A stretch of DNA of 64,000 nucleotides from a bacterium (GTDB taxonomy: Bacteria; Bacteroidota; Bacteroidia; Bacteroidales; UBA3663), in the NCBI GenBank assembly GCA_963631395.1, contig CAVGQN010000003.1, positions 10,244 through 74,243 on the forward strand, given 5' to 3'. The notes below the pieces were generated by a model, which worked only from the letters and a program-made list of their open reading frames with translations, was not told the DNA's origin and ran no database searches. A program made the translations under genes and the position numbers. This document shows, piece by piece, positions 43,226 to 53,188 of this stretch; position 1 is the stretch's first letter, and every line of letters begins with the position of its first letter.

Positions 43226-44377
43226 ATGAAGCACATACATTACATGCTCCTGTGCATGGTCGCCGGCGCACTCTCGCTGACGGCCTGCCACAAGGAGACG
43301 CACATCAAGGTCACCAACGGCATCGGCTTCGAACGCTGCGGCGAACTGGTCCGTGCTGACGTTGACCTCACCGGCAGCCACATCCTCGTCGACGAACAGG
43401 GCCGGGAAGTCAACTACCAGACTGTCCCGGGTGGCATCGTCTTCCAGGCCAATGTGCCAGCTTCCGGCTCCAGTGTCTATACCTGGAAGGAAGGACAACC
43501 CTCCGACTTCGAACCTCTGACCACGGCTTTCTTCCTCGGTGACCGTCGTAAGGACGACTTCGCTTGGGAGAACGACAAGGCCGCTTACCGTATGTATGGT
43601 CCGGCCCTGCTCCCCGAAAATCCTTCCAGCGGTGTGGACCTTTGGCTGAAACACTCGTCTCAACTTACCGCCGACGCTATGTACCGGCAGGAGGAGGGTG
43701 GCAAGCCCTACCACATCGACTACGGTCTCGGCATCGACAGCTACAAGGTGGGTCATGCTGCAGGTTGCGGTGGCGTTGCCATCGTGAGCGGTGGACAGAT
43801 TTGGCCGGGCGGCCCGTTCAGCAAGTACGAAATCCTGCAGGAAGGCCCGCTCGAGACCATCTTCCGCCTGGACTACGACAGCGTACAGGTGGGCGACAAG
43901 GTCCTCCAGGAGTCTATCAGGATTACGGTCAGCGCCGGCGCGCAGGTCAATAAGGCCGAGGTTACCTTCAGCGGAGACATCGCCGACGACATGCTAGTGG
44001 GCGGCGGCATCTTCCTGCACAATGGCGCAGGAGAGCTCAACAAAGGCACGTACAAGGACATTACTTATCTCACCTACGGCGAACCGGCCACTTCCGACCA
44101 GGGCATCTACAAGATCCACGAGGCCCAGGGCATCGACGCCTCGACGCTCGACTTCGGACGTAACTTTATCAGCGTCATCCTGCCGGGCACCAAGGAGGTC
44201 GGCCTCTACGGCGACACCAAGGTGCTGCTCAAGCCATACAAAGCCGGCGACACCCTCACCTACTACTTCGGCGGAGGTTGGAGCAAACGCGACTACACCA
44301 CCGACGGCGAGTGGGAAAATGCCACTCAAAATACGGTTTTGGCCCTCGACATGCCTCTGAAGGTCACAATCGAATAA
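43226..44377 (+). CDS. DUF4861-family lipoprotein
   Basis: Lipobox LSLTAC. DDFAWENDKAAYRMYGPAL is the family hallmark as I recall it. The kduI-kduD-DUF4861 synteny is typical. Confidence 0.65.
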   Translation: MKHIHYMLLCMVAGALSLTACHKETHIKVTNGIGFERCGELVRADVDLTGSHILVDEQGREVNYQTVPGGIVFQANVPASGSSVYTWKEGQPSDFEPLTTAFFLGDRRKDDFAWENDKAAYRMYGPALLPENPSSGVDLWLKHSSQLTADAMYRQEEGGKPYHIDYGLGIDSYKVGHAAGCGGVAIVSGGQIWPGGPFSKYEILQEGPLETIFRLDYDSVQVGDKVLQESIRITVSAGAQVNKAEVTFSGDIADDMLVGGGIFLHNGAGELNKGTYKDITYLTYGEPATSDQGIYKIHEAQGIDASTLDFGRNFISVILPGTKEVGLYGDTKVLLKPYKAGDTLTYYFGGGWSKRDYTTDGEWENATQNTVLALDMPLKVTIE

Positions 44378-44389
44378 GGGCTGGATGTC

Positions 44390-44433
44390 AAAAAAAATAC
44401 CGCGGGATGCGCTCTGCACCTCGCGGTATTTTG
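44390..44433. terminator. bidirectional terminator between the DUF4861 gene and rubrerythrin
   Basis: AATACCGCG / CGCGGTATT stem flanked by an A-run (44390-44396) and TTTGTATTTT. Confidence 0.7.
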
Positions 44434-44447
44434 TATTTTATTGTGGC

Positions 44448-44990
44448 TTAGAAGTTATCCGTATGAACCTCGAAGTAAGACTTCGGATGAGCGCAAACGG
44501 GACAAACCTCAGGCGCCTTGGTGCCTACTACGATGTGCCCGCAGTTGCGGCACTCCCACACCTTGACCTCGCTCTTCTCGAACACTGCAGCTGTCTCGAT
44601 GTTGTGCAGCAGCGCACGGTAACGCTCCTCGTGGCGCTTCTCTATGGCAGCCACCAAACGGAACTTCTTGGCAAGTTCGGGGAAGCCTTCGGCCTCGGCC
44701 GTTGCAGCAAATCCCTCGTACATGTCGGTCCACTCGTAGTTCTCGCCGGCAGCTGCGGCAGCCAGGTTTTCGGCGGTGTTGCCGATGCCGTTCAGCTCCT
44801 TGAACCACATCTTGGCATGTTCCTTCTCGTTGTCGGCCGTCTTGAGGAAGAGCTCTGACATCTGCTCGTAACCTTCCTTCTTGGCTACCGAGGCAAAGTA
44901 AGTGTACTTGTTGCGGGCCTGTGACTCGCCTGCGAAAGCGGCTTCCAGATTCTTCTCGGTTTGCGTGCCTGCATACTTGGTTGTCTTCAT
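44448..44990 (-). CDS. rbr: rubrerythrin
   Basis: 180 aa from ATG 44990. Ferritin-like [18 protein letters not shown]...EKEH...EKRHEERY, plus the C-terminal rubredoxin CRNCGH...CPVC. Confidence 0.9.
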   Translation of the reverse strand: MKTTKYAGTQTEKNLEAAFAGESQARNKYTYFASVAKKEGYEQMSELFLKTADNEKEHAKMWFKELNGIGNTAENLAAAAAGENYEWTDMYEGFAATAEAEGFPELAKKFRLVAAIEKRHEERYRALLHNIETAAVFEKSEVKVWECRNCGHIVVGTKAPEVCPVCAHPKSYFEVHTDNF

Positions 44991-45082
44991 AGTTGTACTT
45001 TTTTTTGAGGGTTGATACTTGATTGTCTGTCGGGCGAGGCCGGCTTGTGTCCTTGCGTCCGGCTTGATTCGTTCCGACGGTG

Positions 45083-45113
45083 CAAAGGTAAGGCAATATT
45101 TCAACATCTCAAA
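45083..45113 (-). promoter_or_regulatory. promoter candidate for rubrerythrin
   Basis: On the minus strand: TTTG (45113-45110), N19, TACCTTTG (45090-45083), with a ~90-nt leader. Confidence 0.45.
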
Positions 45114-45231
45114 TGTTTTTTTGGGAATGCCGATGGTAAATTATGGAAAGTCACGTATTATTTTCCATAAATTTCCATAAAATACCATCCACGTCCCGGG
45201 ATTTACTATTGTATTTTGCCAAAAATAACCA

Positions 45232-45239
45232 TACCTTTG
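45232..45239 (+). promoter_or_regulatory. -7 box candidate for the AraC-family gene
   Basis: TACCTTTG sits 72 nt before ATG 45312. Only a weak ATTG lies at the -33 position. Confidence 0.35.
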
Positions 45240-45311
45240 CGTCGACATTCCGCCTTCAGTCTCCGGTAGCGGAAGGAGCGGAACGGTGGTCGAACGAAAA
45301 ACAGCAACGAT

Positions 45312-46256
45312 ATGCACGAGAAGATTTCTACCCTCACCAAATACACGACGGTGTGCGACACGCCCAGTGGCATCGGATTCCAGATAGAGCACATGCCCGA
45401 GTTTTTTACTTACGATACGGACAACGTCAAGCCGCACGTACACACCTTCTACGAAATCCTTTGGTTTCAGGAGGGCGAAGGCACGCATACGGTCGACTTC
45501 ACGGACTATCCGGTGCGCCAGGACTCTATCTTCTTCCTTTCGCCCGGACAAGTGCACCACTTTGACGGGAACAAGGACTACCGAGGCGTGCTGCTCAAGT
45601 TCTGCACGGACTTCCTGAAGGACGAAAAGGCCAACGAAGACATCTTCATCAAGTACAATGTCTTCAACACGTTCGACTCGGCCCCGTTTTGCACCATCCC
45701 CGACCCCGGCATTGCCGAACATTTGGCCACATACATCCGCATGATGGAAGAGGAGCTCGCCAACAGCAACACGTTCGGGCACCTGGACATGCTCCGTTCT
45801 TTGGTCAAGATCTTCCTCGTCACCGTGCACCGCTATGGACAGAAGGACGGAAGCGTTCACCTCAACACGGGCAAAGCTTCGCATCGGCTCTTTGTCCAGT
45901 TCCGTCGCGTGCTCGAGCAGGAATACGACACGCTGCACACGGTCAGGGACTATGCCGACCGGCTCAACGTCTCGCAAAAGACGCTCGGCAACTGCGTACT
46001 GGAATGTTCGGGACAAACGCCTCTCTCCTACATCAACCGCCGCATCATCCTCGAGGCCAAACGCCTCCTGCGGTTCACCAACATGATGATTAAGGAGGTT
46101 TCCTACCAGCTGGGCTACGATGACCCGTCCTACTTTGTCAAGTTCTTCAAGCGCGAGACGGGCTTCCTGCCCTCCGACTTCAAGGAGCAGCAGGATTTGC
46201 ACAAAGCCGACACGCTGCCCTGCAGGACGGATTCCTGCAACACGGAAAGAAAATAA
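45312..46256 (+). CDS. AraC-family transcriptional regulator (cupin + HTH)
   Basis: HVHTFYEILWFQEGEGTHTVDF fits a cupin. The C-terminal ...MIKEVSYQLGYDDPSYFVKFFKRETGFLPSDF fits an AraC HTH. Confidence 0.85.
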   Translation: MHEKISTLTKYTTVCDTPSGIGFQIEHMPEFFTYDTDNVKPHVHTFYEILWFQEGEGTHTVDFTDYPVRQDSIFFLSPGQVHHFDGNKDYRGVLLKFCTDFLKDEKANEDIFIKYNVFNTFDSAPFCTIPDPGIAEHLATYIRMMEEELANSNTFGHLDMLRSLVKIFLVTVHRYGQKDGSVHLNTGKASHRLFVQFRRVLEQEYDTLHTVRDYADRLNVSQKTLGNCVLECSGQTPLSYINRRIILEAKRLLRFTNMMIKEVSYQLGYDDPSYFVKFFKRETGFLPSDFKEQQDLHKADTLPCRTDSCNTERK

Positions 46257-46267
46257 CTTTGACCGAT

Positions 46268-47008
46268 ATGAAGAAAGCAATCGTAATGGGAGCCACCTCG
46301 GGCATCGGACTGGCCATAGTCCGGCAGCTCTGCGACCGAGGTTGGCAAGTAGGCATCGCAGGCCGACGGCAGACTCTCCTGGAAGAGATAGCACACAACC
46401 ATGCCAACGTGATCGCCCTGCGTCAGATAGACGTCACGCGCGAGGATGCGCCGCACGAACTCTTGTCCTTGATTGAAGACATGGGCGGCATGGACCTGTA
46501 TTTTCACAGTTCGGGCATCGGCTTCCAAAACCCGCAGCTCGACGCCGACAAGGAGCTCAACACCGTCATGACCAACACGCTCGGATTTACGCGTATGGTC
46601 ATCACTGCCTTCCGTTACTACGAGGAGCATCCGGAGCGGGAAGGCCAAATAGCCGTCATCAGCAGCATAGCCGGCACACGCGCACTGGGGGCTGCCCCTG
46701 CCTACTCCGCCAGCAAACGCTACATCAATCATTATCTGGAGTGCCTCACGCAACTTAAGCACATCAAGCACATGGTCGGGCTCTCCATCACCGACATTCG
46801 CCCCGGATTTGTCCGCACTCCTCTCCTCTCCGACGGAGGCAAGTACCCTCTCCAACTGAACGTGGACGACGCCGCACGGGAAATACTGAAGGGTGTGCTC
46901 AAAAAGAAAAGCATTGTGACTGTCGACTACAGATACCGCATCCTGGTCTTCTTCTGGCGCCTCATACCCAGATGGCTCTGGATTCGGCTTCCAATCGTTT
47001 CAAAATGA
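46268..47008 (+). CDS. SDR-family oxidoreductase
   Basis: ATG 46268 (the track start at 46259 is TTG). MKKAIVMGATSGIGLAI, YSASKRYINHY. C-terminal hydrophobic tail IPRWLWIRLP. Confidence 0.8.
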   Translation: MKKAIVMGATSGIGLAIVRQLCDRGWQVGIAGRRQTLLEEIAHNHANVIALRQIDVTREDAPHELLSLIEDMGGMDLYFHSSGIGFQNPQLDADKELNTVMTNTLGFTRMVITAFRYYEEHPEREGQIAVISSIAGTRALGAAPAYSASKRYINHYLECLTQLKHIKHMVGLSITDIRPGFVRTPLLSDGGKYPLQLNVDDAAREILKGVLKKKSIVTVDYRYRILVFFWRLIPRWLWIRLPIVSK

Positions 47009-48167
47009 AGACAAGACCCAACAGTGCAGCCTCCAGCAGTAGTGTCTCCAAAAGGGTGGGGTACCAATACATCTCCCCTCCTGTCAGCACGTCCTCCAGC
47101 CCTACTATAAGCCTTGCCACCTGCCGCAGCCACCAGGAGACGACCTCAAGCGGCAAGGTCCACAACATCGGACACAAAAGTACGGCTACCGCCATATAGA
47201 CAAACACCGGAACCAAAGGAACTGCCAAAAGCCCCTGTAACCAGCCCAGCAACGGAACTTGGTGAAAATAGTATGCACAAATCGGAACCGTAAATATCTG
47301 CGCCGATACAGACAACCAGAACATCGAAGCACACCACCGTCCTATTTTTTTAATCGTGGAATATCGTTTTTCTGCAGGAAGTAATTTACGAGAATGGCGT
47401 CGCTTCTCGACCATCAATGGCAAGAAGGCCAGAATGCCCGCCGTAGCCATAACACTTAACTGGAACCCCACATCAAAGAGCAACGTCGGTTGGCAAACCA
47501 ATATAATAAAAGCAGCAAGCCACAGGTTGTGCCAACCCCACGCATCACGGCCACACACTGCCGACACTTGTGTCAAACTTATCATAAGACCTGCGCGCAA
47601 TGCTGAAGGCGGACTCCCTATCATGACGATGTAGGCCCATAGCACAGCCAGTATGACTATGCGCAAGACATATCCCACCTTTACCTCATTGAGATTTATC
47701 AGAATGGAAAGTAAAATCAATGGACGGAAGAGCAAAAAGAGCAAAGCCCATATAATGCCGATGTGAAGTCCAGAAACGGCAAGGATATGACTCATACCTG
47801 CCTCCCGAAACGACGTCTTCATCCCTTTGTCCATCTCTGCTTTTTGGCCAAAGAGAATCCCCACGGCCAGTTGCTCGGTCTCAGGTTCCAATCCCGCCGA
47901 ATGCAGACGCTCCACACAAGCTCGCAAGACCCGCGACTGCGTGGATTTCTCTTTCTGCCGCTCATTCCCTTGACCATCGGACGTGTAGAAACTCTCCGAT
48001 GCCAATATGCCAAAAGCCATAACGAGAAGAAGATAGGACAAAACCTTGTATTTCGTCACCATCCATGCAAAAAAAGCGACCGAAGCCACCACCCATCCCA
48101 CACGGGGAGAGAATAGCAGTCCGGTCAAAAGACCTGCAATCCACAACAAGAGAAGTTTTAACGCCAT
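46962..48167 (-). CDS. comEC: ComEC/Rec2-family membrane protein, short form (competence-channel core only)
   Basis: 401 aa, polytopic. GMSHILAVSGLHIGIIWALLF is the ComEC hallmark. No metallo-beta-lactamase domain. The 3' end overlaps the convergent SDR gene by 47 nt. Confidence 0.65.
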   Translation of the reverse strand: MALKLLLLWIAGLLTGLLFSPRVGWVVASVAFFAWMVTKYKVLSYLLLVMAFGILASESFYTSDGQGNERQKEKSTQSRVLRACVERLHSAGLEPETEQLAVGILFGQKAEMDKGMKTSFREAGMSHILAVSGLHIGIIWALLFLLFRPLILLSILINLNEVKVGYVLRIVILAVLWAYIVMIGSPPSALRAGLMISLTQVSAVCGRDAWGWHNLWLAAFIILVCQPTLLFDVGFQLSVMATAGILAFLPLMVEKRRHSRKLLPAEKRYSTIKKIGRWCASMFWLSVSAQIFTVPICAYYFHQVPLLGWLQGLLAVPLVPVFVYMAVAVLLCPMLWTLPLEVVSWWLRQVARLIVGLEDVLTGGEMYWYPTLLETLLLEAALLGLVFILKRLEAESRAIWV

Positions 48168-48320
48168 ACCATGTCTTTCTTTTGCAGGTCAGAATTGCAT
48201 TACATTAAAAAATGACTATAAGGTATTCTACAAAACGCTCATCATCCGACAAGTCAATGACGGGCCGGAATCAATGCTTCACACCTGCGCGTCAAATCAT
48301 TAACACACAACAACGTCAAA

Positions 48321-51300
48321 TCATTGATACATGACGGCACGCTTCTTCCAGATATAGAAGAAACCAGGTTTGCGCGTGCGGGCTTGCGTTCCGTTGAGGT
48401 TGTAGCAGTCCTTTTGTCCGGAGCGCACGGAGACACGGTTCAGCGAGAGGTAATCGCCAGCAGGTTCGGCTTCGGTTCCTGCCAGCTGTGCTTCGCTCAG
48501 GAAACCGATATAGCTGATGACGACGGGCTTGGCACTGGCCTTGGCCGTAAGGCCGAAGAGCGTGCTGTTGGCATTGTTGGCGGTGGTAAGCACCCAAGGG
48601 TCGGACGAACAGTAGGTGGTCAGTCCGGACTTGCTAATGTCCCAGACAAGCTGCACGCGGCTATCGGCCAAAGTACTGACGGAAGTGGGAGCCACCTGGC
48701 TTCCGGCATTGGCGCCGTTGAGCCACCACAGATAGCTGCAGCCTGTGCTTGCATTGAGATTGGTGCCACGTATGACGAGATACTTCTGTGCCGCCGTCAC
48801 CTCATACTGACTGTCCGCCCCGAACTTGAGGCAGATGTTGTTGGTTCCGCTTTGTGTCAGACTGACGGCATTGGTGGTCGTGTCGCACGAGATGCGGCTC
48901 TGCGACACACGTCCGGCATCGCCACTAAAGGCCCAATCGGAAGCTTTATAACGATAGGCATAGTCAGACGGCTTGTGGTCCTTGACCAAACGGATGTAGT
49001 AAAGTCCGGGGTTGAGTGTGGTGCCGGAAGCCACTATCCTTACGGTATAGGTGCTGCGCGTCTTGCCGTCGGCATCGAAGGCGAGACTGCCCAAGGGAAG
49101 CTCTGCGTTGTAGAACCCATTGCCGTCGGCCTGCAATGTCGTCTTGGGCACGGTGTAAGTCTGAAGGAGTGTGCCGTTGACATAGACTGAGCACTTGCGT
49201 CCCTGATCGGCAGTCGTGTAGCGCAGGATGAGAGCCAGGTCTTTGGCCTCGGGCTCTTTGTTGCTGAGCACTATCTCTATCCATCCGTTGGCCTTGCTGT
49301 CGCGGTAGTCTTCGCCCAAATAGGAACCGTTGTTGGAGTCGGTGCTGTAAGTGACCACACCGGCCTCGGCCTGCTGCTGGCCGACATCGACCTTGTCGAC
49401 GGTGCGCAACTCGAGCTTGTGGGCCTCGAGTTCGGCCTTCGCCCACGAACTAGCCGCATAGCCTGCATAGGTCTGCTGATACCAATAGGTCATCACACGG
49501 CTGTGGTGCAACTGATAGAAAGGCTCGAGGGTGAGTGACGTCCATCCGTAGCTGGCTGCAGTGGTGTCGTTGCGGCTCACGTCGATGGTAAAGCGGAGAC
49601 TGTCGCCGTCCTGCCTGATGCGGCTCAGGACCTCGCTGCGGTTGCCTATCAACATCGGCATGGTGCCGAGAGCGCACTTGGGCGCATAGCTGTCGGGAGC
49701 GTGCCCCATTCGTTCGCCAAGCGCATACTCATGCGAGAGAGCTTCGTAGGCCAGTCCGCTCCCGTCGCCATCGGTCACACTGGTGGTGCGTGCAGAGAGG
49801 AGCAGCGGGCCGTACTTGAATGCAATGTAGTCCGACAGTCCGGGACAAACCTCGTAGCGCAAAGACATGGGGAGAGAAACGCTTACGACATCACCGGCCT
49901 TGAAGTCGGCCTTGTAGTAGCAGTATCCGCTTCGCTCCGTAGCCTTGACTTGCTTGCCGTTGTGGCGGATGGCAAAGCCCTCGCCCGCCCACGACGGACG
50001 GCGTATGGCCAAGGTGTAGCTTCCCGCACGGTCGACGGTAAGCCGTGTGGCCTGCTCTGCGGGGAAAGCCGTCTGCTGCGTGATGCCGAAGACGGGGTCT
50101 TGCAATTGCGAGGCTGTGAAGAGATTGACATAGAGCACACTGTCGCCTGCATGCGTATAGACGAAATGCCCGTACTTGGAGTGGTTTTCCATACCCGTTC
50201 CCACACAGCACCACATGTCTTGGTCTATCTTGCTGTAGATGCGATAGGACTGCGGACGCAGTGGGGTGAAATAGACATATCCACCTGTCAAGGGGTCTTG
50301 CGTCGAGAGAATGTGGTTGTACATCGTCCCCTCGTAGAAGTCGGCATATTTCGCGTCGTGATGCGTGTCGAAGAGCGTCTCCGAGAGTTTGAGCATATTG
50401 TTGGAGTTGCAGCTCTCCGGTCCGTTGGTCTCGTCGATATAACGGTTGCCGTAGGCAGCCCCGATAAAGTGCTCGTTGACGGAGTTGCCGCCGATACATA
50501 CCGTACGGTTGTTGGCCACATTGGTCCAGAAGTTGTCGGCCGACTTGCTGTAGGCAGTGGCGCCGGCGTCTTCCTGGGCGATACGGGCAAAGCCGATGTA
50601 CTTGGGCACTTGCGTATTGGCGTGCTTGCCGTCGAGGAAAGTCGTCGACAGCGTCTGCATGCCGGTGACCATCGTCTTGTGGCTGTAGCGCTTGGCAGCA
50701 GTGAGATAGGTCGAGTCGCCGAAGAGCCGGAAGGCGTCGATGAGCGTCTCGTTCATGCCGCCGTGCTCCGTGTCGAGCACGCTCTGCATTTGGGTTTCCG
50801 TGAGTTTTGCCACTACGTTGACGCTCCAGTCGCAGAGTTTGCGGTAGAGCTGGGCAGCCACAGTGGAGCGGCTGTAGCTTGCGTCGTCGGCAGTGTAGAG
50901 AGCGATGTCGCGGAGTCCGGCCAGCACTTTGTGTTCGCAGTAGAAAGGCACCCAACCGCGCACGTTCTTCCATTTGGTCAGACTGCCCGTATACATGTCT
51001 TGCCACACGTCGTTGAGAGGCTGGCCGCCTATATAGCCATAGAGGCCCGTCTTGTCGGCATCGAAGGCGTCCTGACAATCCTTGAGTATGGGCAGGATAT
51101 AGTCTATACGGGCCAAAAGCTGCTGTTGCACGTCCGTGTCGTGACAAGCGGCATAAGCCAGGGCCAAAGCCGTAAGATAATGGCCGCCCACGTGTCCGTC
51201 GAGACGGAAACTGCCGCTGCCCCAGTTGGCGTGATTGGGGTGTTTGGTCTCCCACTGACAGTAAGGGCTGGCGGTGTCGGTCGTGGCCGAAAGTCCGGCC

Positions 51301-51512
51301 TGGCGCACGAATGGCGTAAGCAGGCGGTCCACGTCGTAAGCCAGCAGATACCGGACATTGAGGTCCTGGGCCGTCTTGAGCGGTCCGTCAAGCAGTGTCA
51401 CCTGCTCCAGGTCAAAATGCTGCGGGTAGATTTCACTCTGTGCCCTCAAGCTGCCACATGCCAGCAAGACCACAGACAAAGCAAGGCAAGAAGTCTTGGA
51501 AGATGTCTTCAT
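48321..51512 (-). CDS. GH127-like (DUF1680, beta-L-arabinofuranosidase family) enzyme with extra C-terminal beta-rich domains and T9SS sorting domain
   Basis: Signal MKTSSKTSCLALSVVLLACGSLRA. N-terminal FDLEQVTLLDGPLKTAQDLNVRYLLAYDVDRLLTPFVRQAGL is typical of GH127/146. The C-terminal CYNLNGTQARTRKPGFFYIWKKRAVMYQ resembles a T9SS sorting domain. Confidence 0.65.
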   Translation of the reverse strand: MKTSSKTSCLALSVVLLACGSLRAQSEIYPQHFDLEQVTLLDGPLKTAQDLNVRYLLAYDVDRLLTPFVRQAGLSATTDTASPYCQWETKHPNHANWGSGSFRLDGHVGGHYLTALALAYAACHDTDVQQQLLARIDYILPILKDCQDAFDADKTGLYGYIGGQPLNDVWQDMYTGSLTKWKNVRGWVPFYCEHKVLAGLRDIALYTADDASYSRSTVAAQLYRKLCDWSVNVVAKLTETQMQSVLDTEHGGMNETLIDAFRLFGDSTYLTAAKRYSHKTMVTGMQTLSTTFLDGKHANTQVPKYIGFARIAQEDAGATAYSKSADNFWTNVANNRTVCIGGNSVNEHFIGAAYGNRYIDETNGPESCNSNNMLKLSETLFDTHHDAKYADFYEGTMYNHILSTQDPLTGGYVYFTPLRPQSYRIYSKIDQDMWCCVGTGMENHSKYGHFVYTHAGDSVLYVNLFTASQLQDPVFGITQQTAFPAEQATRLTVDRAGSYTLAIRRPSWAGEGFAIRHNGKQVKATERSGYCYYKADFKAGDVVSVSLPMSLRYEVCPGLSDYIAFKYGPLLLSARTTSVTDGDGSGLAYEALSHEYALGERMGHAPDSYAPKCALGTMPMLIGNRSEVLSRIRQDGDSLRFTIDVSRNDTTAASYGWTSLTLEPFYQLHHSRVMTYWYQQTYAGYAASSWAKAELEAHKLELRTVDKVDVGQQQAEAGVVTYSTDSNNGSYLGEDYRDSKANGWIEIVLSNKEPEAKDLALILRYTTADQGRKCSVYVNGTLLQTYTVPKTTLQADGNGFYNAELPLGSLAFDADGKTRSTYTVRIVASGTTLNPGLYYIRLVKDHKPSDYAYRYKASDWAFSGDAGRVSQSRISCDTTTNAVSLTQSGTNNICLKFGADSQYEVTAAQKYLVIRGTNLNASTGCSYLWWLNGANAGSQVAPTSVSTLADSRVQLVWDISKSGLTTYCSSDPWVLTTANNANSTLFGLTAKASAKPVVISYIGFLSEAQLAGTEAEPAGDYLSLNRVSVRSGQKDCYNLNGTQARTRKPGFFYIWKKRAVMYQ

Positions 51513-51584
51513 AAAAATATTAGGTTTAATATTGATGTCTTTTGATTGCAGACCTTAGTCTAAAGCAAAGCCGTCCTTTTGTCC

Positions 51585-51630
51585 AAAGACAAAACAAGCT
51601 GCAGAGAGTTCCCGAAGGAATCCCTGTAGC
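51585..51630 (-). terminator. intrinsic terminator after asnS
   Basis: The minus-strand RNA GCUACAGGGAUUCC-UUCG-GGAACUCUCUGCAGC forms ~13 bp with one bulge and one mismatch and a UUCG loop, followed by UUGUUUUGUCUUU. Confidence 0.6.
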
Positions 51631-51649
51631 TTGTATGTAGGGCGTAAAA

Positions 51650-53074
51650 TCAGAATTCGGCCGACTTGGGAGTACGCGGGAACGGGATTACGTCGCGGAT
51701 GTTCTGCATACCCGTCACGAAGAGGATAAGGCGCTCGAAGCCAAGACCGAAGCCGGCGTGCGGACAAGAGCCGAACCGGCGCGTGTCGAGATACCACCAC
51801 ATGTCCTTCATCGGGATGTGGCGAGTCGTAATCTCGTTCATCAGCTTGTCGTAGCTCTCCTCGCGCACCGAACCGCCGATGATTTCGCCTATCTGCGGGA
51901 AGAGAACGTCGGTGCCCTGTACGGTTTCCTCCATCTCCTGGCCGTTGTAGACGGGCTTCCGGTCGTCTATCTTCATATAGAACGACTTGATCTTCTTCGG
52001 ATAGTTGGTCATGATGACCGGCTTCTTGAAGTACTCCTCGACCAAGTAGCGCTCGTGCTCCGAAGCCAGGTCGTCGCCCCACTCGCATGGGAACTCGAAC
52101 TTCCGGCCGTCGCGGATGGCCTGCTGGAGTATCTCGATACCCTTGGTGTAGGGCAGATGGACAAAGCTCTCCTTGAGCACACCCTCGAGACGCTCTATCA
52201 GAGTCGGGTCAATGAGTTTGTTGAGGAACTGCAAGTCCTCCTGACAGTGGTCGAGAGCCCAGCGTACGCAATGCTTGATGAAGTCCTCCTCGAGTTCCAT
52301 CAGGTCGTCCATGTCGTAGAAGGCCACTTCCGGTTCGACCATCCAGAACTCTGCCAGGTGGCGTGGGGTGTTGGAGTTTTCGGCACGGAACGTAGGACCG
52401 AACGTATAGATCTGGCCCAGGGCCGTAGCGCCGAGTTCGCCTTCGAGCTGACCGGAAACGGTGAGAGAGGTCATCTTGCCGAAGAAGTCGTCGTCGTAGA
52501 TGATTGAGCCGTTCTCGTCCTTCTTGAGGTCGTAGAGGTTTTTGGTCGTCACCTGGAACATCTGTCCGGCGCCCTCGCAGTCGCTTGCCGTAATCAGCGG
52601 AGTATGAAAATAGTAGAAACCATGCTCGTGGAAATACTGGTGGATGGCGATGGCCATGTTGTGACGTATGCGCAGGATGGCGCCAAAGAGGTTGGTACGC
52701 GGACGCAGATGGCCTTTCTCGCGAAGGAACTCCAGCGAATGGCCTTTCTTCTGCAACGGGTATTCGTTGGGGTCGCAATCGCCCAGTACCTCGATGGTCG
52801 AAGCCTGAATCTCGCACGACTGGCTTCCGCCCTGGCTGGCCACCAACTGACCGACAACCTTGATGCAGGCGCCCGTGGTGATGCGCTTGAGCAGAGCCTC
52901 GTCGAACTTGTCGGCATCGGCCACAATCTGGATGCCGCTCACGCAGCTTCCGTCGTTGAGTGCGATGAACTTGACCACCTTGTTGCCGCGCATGGAGCGC
53001 ACCCAGCCGCACACGGTGACCTGCCGGTCCAACTTGGCCTCCTTGAGGACAGTGTTTATTATCTCACGTTTCAT
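51650..53074 (-). CDS. asnS: asparagine--tRNA ligase
   Basis: ATG 53074. OB-fold N-domain. Class II motifs [21 protein letters not shown] and [21 protein letters not shown]. Confidence 0.9.
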   Translation of the reverse strand: MKREIINTVLKEAKLDRQVTVCGWVRSMRGNKVVKFIALNDGSCVSGIQIVADADKFDEALLKRITTGACIKVVGQLVASQGGSQSCEIQASTIEVLGDCDPNEYPLQKKGHSLEFLREKGHLRPRTNLFGAILRIRHNMAIAIHQYFHEHGFYYFHTPLITASDCEGAGQMFQVTTKNLYDLKKDENGSIIYDDDFFGKMTSLTVSGQLEGELGATALGQIYTFGPTFRAENSNTPRHLAEFWMVEPEVAFYDMDDLMELEEDFIKHCVRWALDHCQEDLQFLNKLIDPTLIERLEGVLKESFVHLPYTKGIEILQQAIRDGRKFEFPCEWGDDLASEHERYLVEEYFKKPVIMTNYPKKIKSFYMKIDDRKPVYNGQEMEETVQGTDVLFPQIGEIIGGSVREESYDKLMNEITTRHIPMKDMWWYLDTRRFGSCPHAGFGLGFERLILFVTGMQNIRDVIPFPRTPKSAEF

Positions 53075-53188
53075 AAGATACTCCTCAATCTGTTTTATGA
53101 GTTTATTTGGAAATGCTATTATCTTTCGTAGAGTAATGACGAGCACGGCACAGAGTGTGTCGTGCTGTCATGGGGTAGTGAGGGAGAT

